A stretch of DNA of 61,886 bases from positions 1 through 61,886 of the forward strand of contig DATGYU010000316.1 of the NCBI GenBank assembly GCA_035297625.1. Direction: 5' to 3'. Below the pieces are notes generated by a model that was given only the letters and a program-made list of their open reading frames with translations, was not told the origin of the DNA and searched no databases. Source of the stretch: Prolixibacteraceae bacterium. GTDB taxonomy: Bacteria; Bacteroidota; Bacteroidia; Bacteroidales; Prolixibacteraceae. Made by a program: the position numbers and the translations under genes. Positions 1 to 8,730 of the stretch are shown here, in pieces (the first letter of the stretch is position 1; every line of letters starts with the position of its first letter).

Positions 1-51
1 GTTCCGTATCCGCATTACATTAAACGCTTCGTTGCTGAAAAATCTGTTCAT
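1..51 (-). CDS. Possible 5' end of a gene running off the left edge (MNRFFSNEAFNVMRIRN...)
   Basis: ATG at 51-49 with an open frame to the window edge; TACATTTG -7 box on the minus strand at 84-91. Confidence 0.35.
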   Translation of the reverse strand, partial: MNRFFSNEAFNVMRIRN

Positions 52-207
52 TCAATGATTTTAAACCCATTGTGCAGGAGATGCAAATGTAAGAAAGCGC
101 GGCTATCTATCCTTATAGTGTCCATTGAAATCAAGGCTGAAAGAAAGGTTCATTAATATTGAGTTTACATGTCGGGCAGGTAAAATGATGTCTGAAAGAT
201 TATTTCG

Positions 208-215
208 TACTTTTG
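208..215 (+). promoter_or_regulatory. Bacteroidota primary-sigma -7 box (TACTTTTG) upstream of mtaB
   Basis: Matches TAnnTTTG consensus about 190 bp upstream of the start codon. Confidence 0.4.
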
Positions 216-408
216 TGTCCGATAATGGGATCGATGGAAGAGGAAGTGCAAGGAGCAGGGAGTGTGGATACAGTAAAGCTGCAGTGTTCAGTGATCAGTT
301 AGCAGCTCTCCAAACACCTTAACCTGGAATTTTGAATTTGGAACATGAAACAAAATACCTTCCATTTTCCCTGATGAAAGCGATACGTAAACGAATAAAA
401 GCTTTTTA

Positions 409-1713
409 ATGATTTATTATTTTGGCAAAAAAGCATCCTTCTATACATTGGGCTGTAAACTAAACTTTTCGGAGACATCAAGTATTGCAAGGCGTTTTGA
501 GGATATAGGCTTTGAGCGGACTGAGTTTTCTGAAAAGGCTGATGTAGTGGTTATCAACTCCTGCTCGGTAACTGCCGAGGGCGATAAAAAGACCCGCAAC
601 ATCATCCGACAGGCGGTACGCAAGAATCCTGGTTCACTAATAGTGGTTACCGGTTGCTATGCCCAGCTTCAACCTGAAGTGATCCAAAAGATTGAAGGCG
701 TTGACCTTGTGTTAGGTTCTGCCGAGAAATTGAATATTACTGAATACCTAGGTAACCTGGATAAGAAAGAGCAAACAGAAATACATATTCAGCAGTCAAA
801 ACAAATAAAGGATTATTTTCATGCCTATTCTTTTGGAGACCGTACACGTAGTTTTCTGAAAGTACAGGATGGCTGTGATTATTACTGTACCTATTGTACC
901 ATTCCCTTTGCAAGGGGCAGAAGCCGCAATGACAGCATCAGCAACACCATCGCAGAAGCGCGTGAAATTGTGGCCAAAGGAACCTTGGAAGTCATCCTGA
1001 CAGGTGTAAATATTGGTGACTTTGGCAAATCGACCGGTGAGCATTTTATTGATCTGCTCAAGGAACTTGACATGGTTGAAGGCTTGGAAAGAATACGCAT
1101 TTCATCTGTAGAGCCTAACCTTTTAACAGACGAGATCATTGAATTTGTCGCACAGTCCAATCATATCATGCCCCATTTTCATCTTCCATTACAATCTGGG
1201 TCCAATGATGTGCTTTCCCTCATGAAGCGTAAATACAAAAGGGAAGTTTTTGAAAGCCGGGTAGCCAGGATCAAAAAAGAAATACCATCAGCCTTTATTG
1301 GTGTGGATGTGATTGCCGGAACCAACGGGGAGACAGATGAATACTTCCGTGACTCTTATCGTTTCATTGCAGACCTGGATGTCACCCAGCTGCATGCTTT
1401 CCCTTATTCTGAGCGCCCTGGAACCAAAGCCCTTGAGATAAAACCTGTTGTTCCTGTTGATGAAAGAAAACAGCGTACCCAGCGATTAATAGCATTATCT
1501 GAAAGAAAAACTGCCTACTTTTACAATGAAAATCTGGGTAGTATACGTAAGGTGCTCTTTGAAGAACAAAAAGACAAAAAGATCCTATCCGGCTTCACCG
1601 ACAATTATATCAGGGTTGAAACCCCTTATAGGGAAGAGCTGGAAAATAAGATTTTGACTGTGAAGCTTGAGCATGTTTTGCCCAATGGCAATGTTTGGGC
1701 AAGCATTGTGTAA
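409..1713 (+). CDS. mtaB: tRNA threonylcarbamoyladenosine(37) methylthiotransferase MtaB
   Basis: TLGCKLN and NSCSVT (UPF0004), radical-SAM CDYYCTYC, C-terminal GFTDNYIRV. Confidence 0.92.
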   Translation: MIYYFGKKASFYTLGCKLNFSETSSIARRFEDIGFERTEFSEKADVVVINSCSVTAEGDKKTRNIIRQAVRKNPGSLIVVTGCYAQLQPEVIQKIEGVDLVLGSAEKLNITEYLGNLDKKEQTEIHIQQSKQIKDYFHAYSFGDRTRSFLKVQDGCDYYCTYCTIPFARGRSRNDSISNTIAEAREIVAKGTLEVILTGVNIGDFGKSTGEHFIDLLKELDMVEGLERIRISSVEPNLLTDEIIEFVAQSNHIMPHFHLPLQSGSNDVLSLMKRKYKREVFESRVARIKKEIPSAFIGVDVIAGTNGETDEYFRDSYRFIADLDVTQLHAFPYSERPGTKALEIKPVVPVDERKQRTQRLIALSERKTAYFYNENLGSIRKVLFEEQKDKKILSGFTDNYIRVETPYREELENKILTVKLEHVLPNGNVWASIV

Positions 1714-1802
1714 GCAGGGAGCAGGGAGAACGGAGAACGGAAGGTTGCAGAAATCAGTAGCAGTTGGCTGTAACATCGCCAACGTTTAATTATTCAGCCA
1801 CC

Positions 1803-1832
1803 AACCTTAAAGTCCTTAACCTCCTTAATGAC
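1803..1832 (+). repeat. 9-bp tandem repeat (G[AT]C[CT]TTAA[AG] family), copy A
   Basis: AACCTTAAA GTCCTTAAC CTCCTTAAT GAC. Confidence 0.55.
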
Positions 1833-1849
1833 TGGCTAAGACAGGGCCC

Positions 1850-1892
1850 TTGAAACTTGAAACTTTGAATTTGAAACTTTAAACTTTAAACT
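1850..1892 (+). repeat. Heptamer tandem repeat (TTGAAAC/TTTAAAC)
   Basis: About 6 degenerate copies; related tracts at 3421-3452 and 18126-18141. Confidence 0.65.
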
Positions 1893-1901
1893 CTACCCCA
1901 T

Positions 1902-2696
1902 ATGAACCTTGAAATCCTTTGCTCCCAAGTTCAGGAGCTGGCCCGTGAAGTAGGACGCTTCATTTATGATGAACGTTTAAAATTTACTGCTGCCGATATT
2001 ATCCTTAAGGGAAAGTCTGACATGGTCACCTATGTTGACAAAACATCGGAAGCGAGAATTGTAAAAGGATTGCGTGAACTGCTGCCCGATTCTGGTTTTA
2101 TTGCCGAAGAAGGAACAGCCAAGGACAATGGCGAAAAGTACCGGTGGGTAATCGACCCATTGGATGGCACCACCAACTATATCCATGGCATATCACCCTT
2201 TGCCGTAAGTATCGGCTTATTGGAAGACAATGAGATTGTGATGGGTGTGATTTATGAAATCAGCCTTAACGAGATGTTTTATGCATGGAAAGGCAGCAAA
2301 GCCTATATGAACGGAAAGGAAATCCATGTATCCACCGCTTCCACCACCACCGATGCCTTGATTGCAACCGGGTTTCCTTATTATGACTTTAGCAAGCTGG
2401 ATCAGTATATGATGGCTATGGATTATTTCATGCGCAATTCTCATGGTATGCGCCGACTGGGATCTGCTGCTACCGATTTAGCCTATGTAGCTGCAGGAAG
2501 ATTTGAAGCCTTTTATGAACATGCCCTGCATTCGTGGGATGTAGCTGCCGGTATTATCATCATCAAACAGGCCGGTGGTAGGGTGAGCGACTTTAATGGA
2601 GGTGACAATTATCTCTTTGGTGGTGAAATGGTGGCCTGTAATGCCAACTATTACGATGAGTTTTATGAAATAGTTCACAAGCATCTGGCGCAGTAA
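1902..2696 (+). CDS. suhB: Inositol monophosphatase family protein (SuhB-like)
   Basis: AEE, WVIDPLDGTTNY, RRLGSAA and WDVAAG motifs. Confidence 0.88.
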   Translation: MNLEILCSQVQELAREVGRFIYDERLKFTAADIILKGKSDMVTYVDKTSEARIVKGLRELLPDSGFIAEEGTAKDNGEKYRWVIDPLDGTTNYIHGISPFAVSIGLLEDNEIVMGVIYEISLNEMFYAWKGSKAYMNGKEIHVSTASTTTDALIATGFPYYDFSKLDQYMMAMDYFMRNSHGMRRLGSAATDLAYVAAGRFEAFYEHALHSWDVAAGIIIIKQAGGRVSDFNGGDNYLFGGEMVACNANYYDEFYEIVHKHLAQ

Positions 2697-2806
2697 ATTA
2701 AGGGTAAGTCTCACTAAATGAAATTGATAAAGGAGAAGGTAAATACTTGCTCCAGGATGAATGTGTTTGTGTAAAATAATCATAACTTGCATCCAACTAA
2801 ACTTTC

Positions 2807-3283
2807 ATGACAATGGTTGAAAAAGAAATTGCCCTTATCAACAAACAGCTTGAAAATCTGACGGCTAAGAACTTTGATCTGGAAGCATGGAAAAGCCATA
2901 CTGTGATCTTTTTGGAACGCATCTTCGGCAAAGAGAGCAGCAAGGTAAAGATGATCAAGGAACTGAAATATGATTATTCAAGCTGGACACTTCGTGATGC
3001 TGCCGGTACTGGCAAAGACACCGATCCGGTAATTATGAAAGCCCGCGAGATATTGGAAGCTACCAAACTGGAACTTGAACATCTGGGTATACCCAAACAA
3101 GAGGAGGAGAACCTTAAGATATGGTCTTTACTGGAAGAAGAAATGACCGGTAAACAAATCCGCGAGATCAAAGAAATTGTGCAGTCCTCTGACAAAGAGA
3201 AAATGGAAAAGATTGCCAACATATTGTACAATCTTGAAAAGGAAAACCTCGCAGTAGTGCTGGCAAAACTGTTGGTACCTTAA
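2807..3283 (+). CDS. Conserved hypothetical helical protein
   Basis: 158-aa ORF with typical codon usage, co-oriented with neighbours; no recognised motif. Confidence 0.75.
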   Translation: MTMVEKEIALINKQLENLTAKNFDLEAWKSHTVIFLERIFGKESSKVKMIKELKYDYSSWTLRDAAGTGKDTDPVIMKAREILEATKLELEHLGIPKQEEENLKIWSLLEEEMTGKQIREIKEIVQSSDKEKMEKIANILYNLEKENLAVVLAKLLVP

Positions 3284-3343
3284 GAGTGGTTTAAAGTATT
3301 TACAATTAGACAATTTACTAATTATGCTGGCATGATTTTCAGG

Positions 3344-3375
3344 GACTTCAAGAACCTTAAGGACTTTAAAGTCCC
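3344..3375 (+). repeat. 9-bp tandem repeat family, copy B
   Basis: GACTTCAAG AACCTTAAG GACTTTAAA GTCCC. Confidence 0.55.
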
Positions 3376-3465
3376 CAGAGGAACTATTTAGCTGATTAAA
3401 AGAATAACCCTACGCACTCCAACTTTAAACTTGAAATTTGAAACTTTAAACTTTTTGGCCTTCTC

Positions 3466-4494
3466 ATGAGTCATCCCCAAATAGCCATTGTCATTCTTAA
3501 CTGGAACGGTGCCAGATTGCTTCAGCAGTTTTTGCCATCTGTTATCCAGCACAGCCAAATAGGCTCCTGTGAAATCATTGTAGCCGACAATGGCTCAACG
3601 GATGAGTCTCTTGCACTGTTAAAAGAACAGTTCCCGCAGGTGACTATCCTTGATCTGAAAGAAAACTATGGCTTTGCAAGTGGGTACAATGAAGCCTTAA
3701 AACATATGGATGCCGACTATTACGTCATCCTGAATTCAGATGTAGAAGTAACGCAAGGATGGCTTGATTCGCCCATTAAGTTAATGGAAACTGACAGAAC
3801 CATCGCGGCTGTTCAGCCTAAAATACTTAGCTATCACCAAAAGACGCATTTTGAATATGCCGGGGCTGCCGGAGGCTTTATCGATCGTTTTGGCTATCCT
3901 TTTTGCCGTGGGCGCATCTTTGATCAGGTGGAGGAAGACAAGGGCCAGTATGACTCGCAAATAGATATCTTCTGGGCAACAGGGGCCTGTATGTTTATCC
4001 GGGCCGATCTGTTTCATGAAGCCGAAGGCTTTGATGCTCAATTCTGGGCCCACATGGAGGAGATTGATCTTTGCTGGCGATTAAAAAACCGTGGCTACCG
4101 GATTGTTTATACTCCTGAAAGCAAGGTATATCACTTAGGAGGAGGATCGCTTGCCTATGACAACCCGCGCAAGTTATTCTTGAATTTTAGAAATAACCTT
4201 TGGCTGTTGTATAAAAACCTGCCTGGCAATCAGCTGTTCTATATCCTGTTCATGAGAATGATTCTTGATGGAGTGGCTGCTCTTAAACTGGTTGGAGAAC
4301 TTAACTTTAATGGCATCAGCAGTGTTCTGAAAGCACATTATCATTTTTACAAATCATTGAATGAACTGCACCGTAGACGAATGTCCGTTCTTCGGGATAA
4401 AGAATTCATTAAGCCAAAGGAGATGCTGCATAAAAGCATTGTCTTTCAATTCTATGTAAAAAAGAAAAAGCGATTTAGCGATATTAATTTTTAA
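3466..4494 (+). CDS. Glycosyltransferase family 2 protein
   Basis: IVILNWNG, VADNGSTD, LNSD, WATGAC and EEIDLC motifs. Confidence 0.9.
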   Translation: MSHPQIAIVILNWNGARLLQQFLPSVIQHSQIGSCEIIVADNGSTDESLALLKEQFPQVTILDLKENYGFASGYNEALKHMDADYYVILNSDVEVTQGWLDSPIKLMETDRTIAAVQPKILSYHQKTHFEYAGAAGGFIDRFGYPFCRGRIFDQVEEDKGQYDSQIDIFWATGACMFIRADLFHEAEGFDAQFWAHMEEIDLCWRLKNRGYRIVYTPESKVYHLGGGSLAYDNPRKLFLNFRNNLWLLYKNLPGNQLFYILFMRMILDGVAALKLVGELNFNGISSVLKAHYHFYKSLNELHRRRMSVLRDKEFIKPKEMLHKSIVFQFYVKKKKRFSDINF

Positions 4495-4511
4495 ACGCAG
4501 AGATTTACAAT

Positions 4512-4736
4512 ATGGGGATGTTTGACGATCTGTTTGATTCAGGATATGGAGAAAAACAAGTAGAAGGAGTTGATTATACCATGAGCCCTGAAGGTTATAG
4601 AATCATGAGTGAATTCTACCTGGTAAAACGTGGCTATTGCTGTGCCAACGGATGCCGCAATTGTCCCTACTCACCAAAAGCTGTAAAAGGAAACACAAAG
4701 CTCAGAGCTGACGTAGAAAATAAATACAATCAATAA
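4512..4736 (+). CDS. Small Cys-rich protein (DUF5522-like)
   Basis: RGYCCANGCRNCPY motif; tightly spaced between GT2 and fmt. Confidence 0.75.
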   Translation: MGMFDDLFDSGYGEKQVEGVDYTMSPEGYRIMSEFYLVKRGYCCANGCRNCPYSPKAVKGNTKLRADVENKYNQ

Positions 4737-4751
4737 TTTATTCTTATCCCT

Positions 4752-5729
4752 ATGCACCCTAAGCAAACCAGAATAGTATTTATGGGTACTCCCGACTTTG
4801 CCGTGGAAAGCCTGAAAGCCCTTGTAGAAAACAACTATAATATCGTCGGAGTGATTACTGCTCCCGACAAGCCTGCCGGACGAGGCAGACAATTAAGCGA
4901 ATCGGCAGTTAAAAAGTATGCAGCAGAACAGGGATTATATGTGCTTCAACCCGAAAAGCTTAAGAACCCGGAGTTTATTGCTCAGCTGCAGAATCTAAAA
5001 GCCGACCTTCAGATTGTGGTAGCATTTCGTATGCTGCCCGAGATGGTGTGGAACATGCCTCCCATGGGCACCTTCAACCTGCATGCCTCCCTGTTGCCCC
5101 AATACCGGGGAGCCGCCCCTCTTAACTGGGCTATTATCAACGGGGAAAAAGAAACAGGATTGACTACCTTCCTTTTGGATCATGAAATTGATACCGGCAG
5201 AATCATCTTCCAGCAAAGAATCCCTATTGGCGATGAGGATACCGTTGGTGATTTACATGACCAAATGATGGTTCTGGGTGCTGATTTGGTATTAAAGACT
5301 GTTGATGCGCTTGCCCAGGGTAACGCAGAGGCCGTAGAGCAAACTGCGCTAATTGGTTCGCCCGAAACGATAAAGCATGCTCCCAAGATATTTAAAGACG
5401 ATTGTAAAATCGACTGGACCAAAGATACCGAGTCGGTGCGTAATCTAATTCGAGGACTTTCACCCTACCCCGCAGCCTGGACTGAACTGGTTCATCCTGA
5501 TAAGGGAGAAGTTATTTCTGCAAAGATTTATGAGGCGAAACGTGATAACAGTTCTTTATCCGCTAAGCCCGGCACACTGGTAAGTGATGGCAAAAACAAC
5601 CTAAAGGTAGCCTGTGTGGATGGATGGCTTTCAATTACCGATATCCAGCTTTCAGGAAAGAAAAGAATGAAGGTTGATGAACTGCTGCGCGGCTTTCATG
5701 ATATACAAAGCTGGAAAATCAACAGCTAA
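4752..5729 (+). CDS. fmt: Methionyl-tRNA formyltransferase
   Basis: IVFMGTPDFA, PDKPAGRG, NLHASLLPQYRGAAP. Confidence 0.96.
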   Translation: MHPKQTRIVFMGTPDFAVESLKALVENNYNIVGVITAPDKPAGRGRQLSESAVKKYAAEQGLYVLQPEKLKNPEFIAQLQNLKADLQIVVAFRMLPEMVWNMPPMGTFNLHASLLPQYRGAAPLNWAIINGEKETGLTTFLLDHEIDTGRIIFQQRIPIGDEDTVGDLHDQMMVLGADLVLKTVDALAQGNAEAVEQTALIGSPETIKHAPKIFKDDCKIDWTKDTESVRNLIRGLSPYPAAWTELVHPDKGEVISAKIYEAKRDNSSLSAKPGTLVSDGKNNLKVACVDGWLSITDIQLSGKKRMKVDELLRGFHDIQSWKINS

Positions 5730-5775
5730 TCCTTTAAAGTTAAAAAGGCGGCCCTTGCGGGGTCTCTCAATCAAG

Positions 5776-5810
5776 GACCCTAAGGTCATGAATGACTTTA
5801 AGGTCCTTAG
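5776..5810 (+). repeat. 9-bp tandem repeat family, copy C
   Basis: GACCCTAAG GTCATGAAT GACTTTAAG GTCCTTAG. Confidence 0.55.
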
Positions 5811-5859
5811 CTGAAAGCCTTGGCAGTGGCCAATTGTCAACTGACCACTGCCTACTTTT

Positions 5860-6813
5860 TTAAGCCCTTCTGGGTCTCTTGCTGTGCAGGTAAATTATCT
5901 GTCCTTCTGCAGGCTCATCCCCCGGTTTCATGCGATTTCTTTTGAGCAGTTGTTTTAAGCGTATGCCGTAAACCTGGGCGATATAGTGCATCTTCTCCCC
6001 TTTCTCAACCACATGCTGTTTGTGCTCCTTGCCGGCTTTCTTATATTTCGCATCAATATAAAGAATCTCGTTCAGCTTGGGCTGTGCTCCCTTGGGCAGG
6101 TCGTTATAAGTTGCCAGTTGCCAGTCTTTCAATTTAAATTCCTTGGTCAGGCTGGCATAGGTATCGCCTTCACCCACCACAATGGAATGCAGTCCGTTGC
6201 GAAGTTCAACCTTGTGTTTACCATTGGATTTATTCAGGTTCGAGCTTTTTATAACCGCAGGAGCTGCAGGCTCTTTCTTAATGGCGGCAATGGGCTGTTT
6301 GACACCATAGTCATCGTAAACATACAACTTGTTTTCTTCAATGATTTTTATCAAGCGCTGAGCATAGACAGGGTCGGTCGCATAACCTGCCTTCTTTAGG
6401 CCAGTGGCCCAGCCTACATAATCTTTAGGGTCAAGCTTAAACAAAAAGGCATAACGGCTTCCGCTCATTAAGAAATTGGTATGGTCGATATAAGAAGCCT
6501 CGGCATGTTCATATTTCCTGAAACATTCCTGCCTGGCATCATCATCATGACGAATGGTTTTGCCGGTCCATTCTTTCTTGCATTTAATGCCAAAATGATT
6601 GTTAGCCTCTGTGGCAAGGCGGCTGTTGCCGTTTTGCGATTCCCAGCATCCCTGCGCCAGGGTAATACTGGCAGGAATACCGCTTCTCAGCATTTCTGAA
6701 ATGGCTAAAGGATAGAACTTTTGGATATATTCTTCACGTGTAATTGGCCCTGGAGCAGCAATTCCACGGATCGATAACAGCAAAAACAGTAACAGTAAGC
6801 GGTAGTTATTCAT
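5860..6813 (-). CDS. GH73 glucosaminidase with two LysM domains (peptidoglycan hydrolase)
   Basis: IPASITLAQ, NNHFGIKC, GYATDPVYA and two C-terminal LysM-like repeats. Start set at MNNYR (6813) because a signal peptide follows and a -7 box lies at 6861-6868. Confidence 0.85.
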   Translation of the reverse strand: MNNYRLLLLFLLLSIRGIAAPGPITREEYIQKFYPLAISEMLRSGIPASITLAQGCWESQNGNSRLATEANNHFGIKCKKEWTGKTIRHDDDARQECFRKYEHAEASYIDHTNFLMSGSRYAFLFKLDPKDYVGWATGLKKAGYATDPVYAQRLIKIIEENKLYVYDDYGVKQPIAAIKKEPAAPAVIKSSNLNKSNGKHKVELRNGLHSIVVGEGDTYASLTKEFKLKDWQLATYNDLPKGAQPKLNEILYIDAKYKKAGKEHKQHVVEKGEKMHYIAQVYGIRLKQLLKRNRMKPGDEPAEGQIIYLHSKRPRRA

Positions 6814-6860
6814 ATATTTTCGAATACGAGTATTTGGCAAAAATAAGAAAATGTTGTTAC

Positions 6861-6868
6861 CAAAGATA
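6861..6868 (-). promoter_or_regulatory. -7 box TATCTTTG for the glucosaminidase gene
   Basis: TAnnTTTG consensus, divergent from the cdd box. Confidence 0.5.
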
Positions 6869-6892
6869 ATTGTGAAATAAGAACTATTAGCG

Positions 6893-6900
6893 TACTTTTG
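6893..6900 (+). promoter_or_regulatory. -7 box TACTTTTG for cdd
   Basis: TAnnTTTG consensus 17 bp before the ATG. Confidence 0.55.
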
Positions 6901-6917
6901 GGCCAAACCATTTATCA

Positions 6918-7397
6918 ATGAAAACGAAGGAAATTAAAATTATTGTACACGAATTTACTAATATAGAGGAACTCCCTTCCAATGACCAGCATTTACTGGC
7001 AGAAGCAAGAAAGGCCAGTTCACTGGCTTATGCTCCTTATTCGGGGTTTCATGTGGGAGCTGCCATTTTGTTGGGAAACGGTAAAATAATAACAGGCAAC
7101 AACCAGGAAAACTCAGCTTATCCTTCCGGTTTATGTGCCGAAAGAGTTGCCATGTTTTATGCCAATGCCAATTATCCGGATTCAGAAGTTGTGACCATTG
7201 CCGTTTCAGCAACTAAAAATGGTATTTTGGTAAAAGAAGCCGTCAAACCCTGCGGGGCTTGCCGTCAGGCGCTGGCTGAAACGGAGGTAAGGTTTCAAAA
7301 ACCCATTCGCATCATTTTGGACGGTCAGGATTCAATCCTCGTGCTGAAAGGGATAGAAAGTTTACTGCCTTTGAGTTTTTCGAGAAAGGACCTCTAA
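6918..7397 (+). CDS. cdd: Cytidine deaminase
   Basis: AYAPYSGFHVGAA, NQEN, CAERVA and PCGACRQ zinc motifs. Confidence 0.93.
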   Translation: MKTKEIKIIVHEFTNIEELPSNDQHLLAEARKASSLAYAPYSGFHVGAAILLGNGKIITGNNQENSAYPSGLCAERVAMFYANANYPDSEVVTIAVSATKNGILVKEAVKPCGACRQALAETEVRFQKPIRIILDGQDSILVLKGIESLLPLSFSRKDL

Positions 7398-7437
7398 AAA
7401 AAAGGGATTGTACAAGTGTTGTACAATCCCTTTTTTT
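7396..7437. terminator. Bidirectional intrinsic terminator between cdd and hsp20
   Basis: A-tract, GGGATTGTACAA / TTGTACAATCCC stem, T-tract. Confidence 0.85.
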
Positions 7438-7454
7438 ATACATCTGACTAAAGC

Positions 7455-7886
7455 TTATTGAATTTCGATTTGCCTTGTACCATTGTCTTTTTGTTCAACT
7501 TTCTTAGGCAATTCAATTTTTAATATACCGTTTTTGTGCGTTGCATTAATAGCTGCAACATCAATGTTTTTTGGTAGGGCAAATGAACGCTGGAAGGAAG
7601 AATACCTAAATTCAGTACGTACCACTTTGCCTTTTTCCTTTTCCTCTTTCTTGTCTTTCTTTTCAGAATAAACCATTAAATATTCTTCTTTCAGATCAAT
7701 CTTGAAATCTTCTTTTTCCAAACCCGGAGCAGCAATTTCAATTTCAAATTTCTCGTTGCTTTCGTAAATGTTTACAGCAGGAGTAGATTTCCAGGCTCCT
7801 TCTTCAATATAATTTGGAAGCAAATTGCTGCCAAAGAATTCATCAAATAATCCAGGTAATGTTCTGCTTTTAAATACTGGTAACAT
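7455..7886 (-). CDS. Hsp20/alpha-crystallin small heat-shock protein
   Basis: PAVNIYE, APGLEKEDFKI, SFQRSFALP, NGILKIELPK. Confidence 0.93.
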   Translation of the reverse strand: MLPVFKSRTLPGLFDEFFGSNLLPNYIEEGAWKSTPAVNIYESNEKFEIEIAAPGLEKEDFKIDLKEEYLMVYSEKKDKKEEKEKGKVVRTEFRYSSFQRSFALPKNIDVAAINATHKNGILKIELPKKVEQKDNGTRQIEIQ

Positions 7887-7945
7887 AGTTTAATCCTCCA
7901 TTCTTTAAGTGAGACTTATTAGTTTTTTATTGTTTTCGTAATCTC

Positions 7946-7966
7946 TTATTTCAAAGCCAATGCCAA
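7946..7966 (-). promoter_or_regulatory. Sigma54-type -24/-12 promoter of hsp20 (TTGGCATTGGCTTTGAAATAA)
   Basis: TGGCA..TTG with canonical spacing; near-identical to the element at 39214-39234. Confidence 0.6.
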
Positions 7967-8241
7967 AGGTTATCCAGCTGATTAATAGTGACATAAAGTC
8001 ATTTTAAACTGTCAAAAATTCTACCTTAAAACTAATGAAATGACATTTTTGCTGATTCTTTACCAATTTCCTTTTAGTTGCATAAACCAACAACTTTAAC
8101 TATACGCCAGACAGGCTTCCTTAAGGAGCAGGGAAAAATCAGTAAAACGAGCGCTACTTATGAAGATGCGTTTTGGGAATGTGTTTAAAGGGATTGAATT
8201 CTTTCCAGATTCCTTTCTTTAGGTAGTCCCTGCAAATTGAC

Positions 8242-8334
8242 ACTTTCTCTAAGGTTTCTGTAACCTTTCTGTAACCTTTCTGTAATCTCAATTACAGAAA
8301 GGTTACAGATGAATTACAAATGGGTTACAGATAA
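8242..8334. repeat. Palindromic array of 11-bp units (CTTTCTGTAAC x4 / GTTACAGAAAG x4), copy 1
   Basis: 4+4 inverted 11-mers around a 4-bp centre; inverted near-identical copy at 55039-55131. Confidence 0.85.
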
Positions 8335-8562
8335 TAGCAATCCAGAAAGAATGCATAAGGCGTATCACCTGTCCTTAAAAAAAGATAAGGATGAAGAATT
8401 ATTGATTTTTATTTTTCCTAAAGGAAAAGATATTATCTCCAGCTGATATTGTGGTGATGCGAATACATGAAAGGCTCATTTACTTTCCGGTTAATCTGTT
8501 TACACTAATTTAAAAATGGCTTGATTTAATATTGGAACCATTGTTTCGCAACCTTAAAAGCC

Positions 8563-8570
8563 TACATTTG
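8563..8570 (+). promoter_or_regulatory. -7 box TACATTTG preceding the TPP riboswitch
   Basis: TAnnTTTG consensus just upstream of the aptamer. Confidence 0.55.
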
Positions 8571-8583
8571 TTTTATCAATTTA

Positions 8584-8678
8584 CGCAATGGGGTGCCTGC
8601 CTGAGGAAACTTAGGGGAATGAAAGGCTGAGATCATACCCACCGAACCTGATACGGGTAATGCCGGCGAAGGGATGGC
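8584..8678 (+). ncRNA. TPP (thi-box) riboswitch
   Basis: GGGGTGC...GCTGAGA...ATACCC...GAACCTGAT...GGTAATGCC..GCGAAGGGA hallmark sequence. Confidence 0.92.
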
Positions 8679-8730
8679 GAAAGGGAATTACTTGCCTCAT
8701 TGGTTATTATTAACCATTTAAAAGACAAAA

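Noticed and set aside
125-322. 65-aa ORF upstream of mtaB
   Set aside because: TTG start, spans promoter and repeat DNA, no homology cues
6814-6918. N-terminal 35-aa extension of the glucosaminidase ORF
   Set aside because: Overlaps divergent promoter boxes and the cdd start; the signal peptide begins at Met 6813
8242-8334. 11-bp arrays and REP clusters considered as CRISPR arrays
   Set aside because: No unique spacers between repeats, units are too short or tandem/inverted, and there are no cas genes
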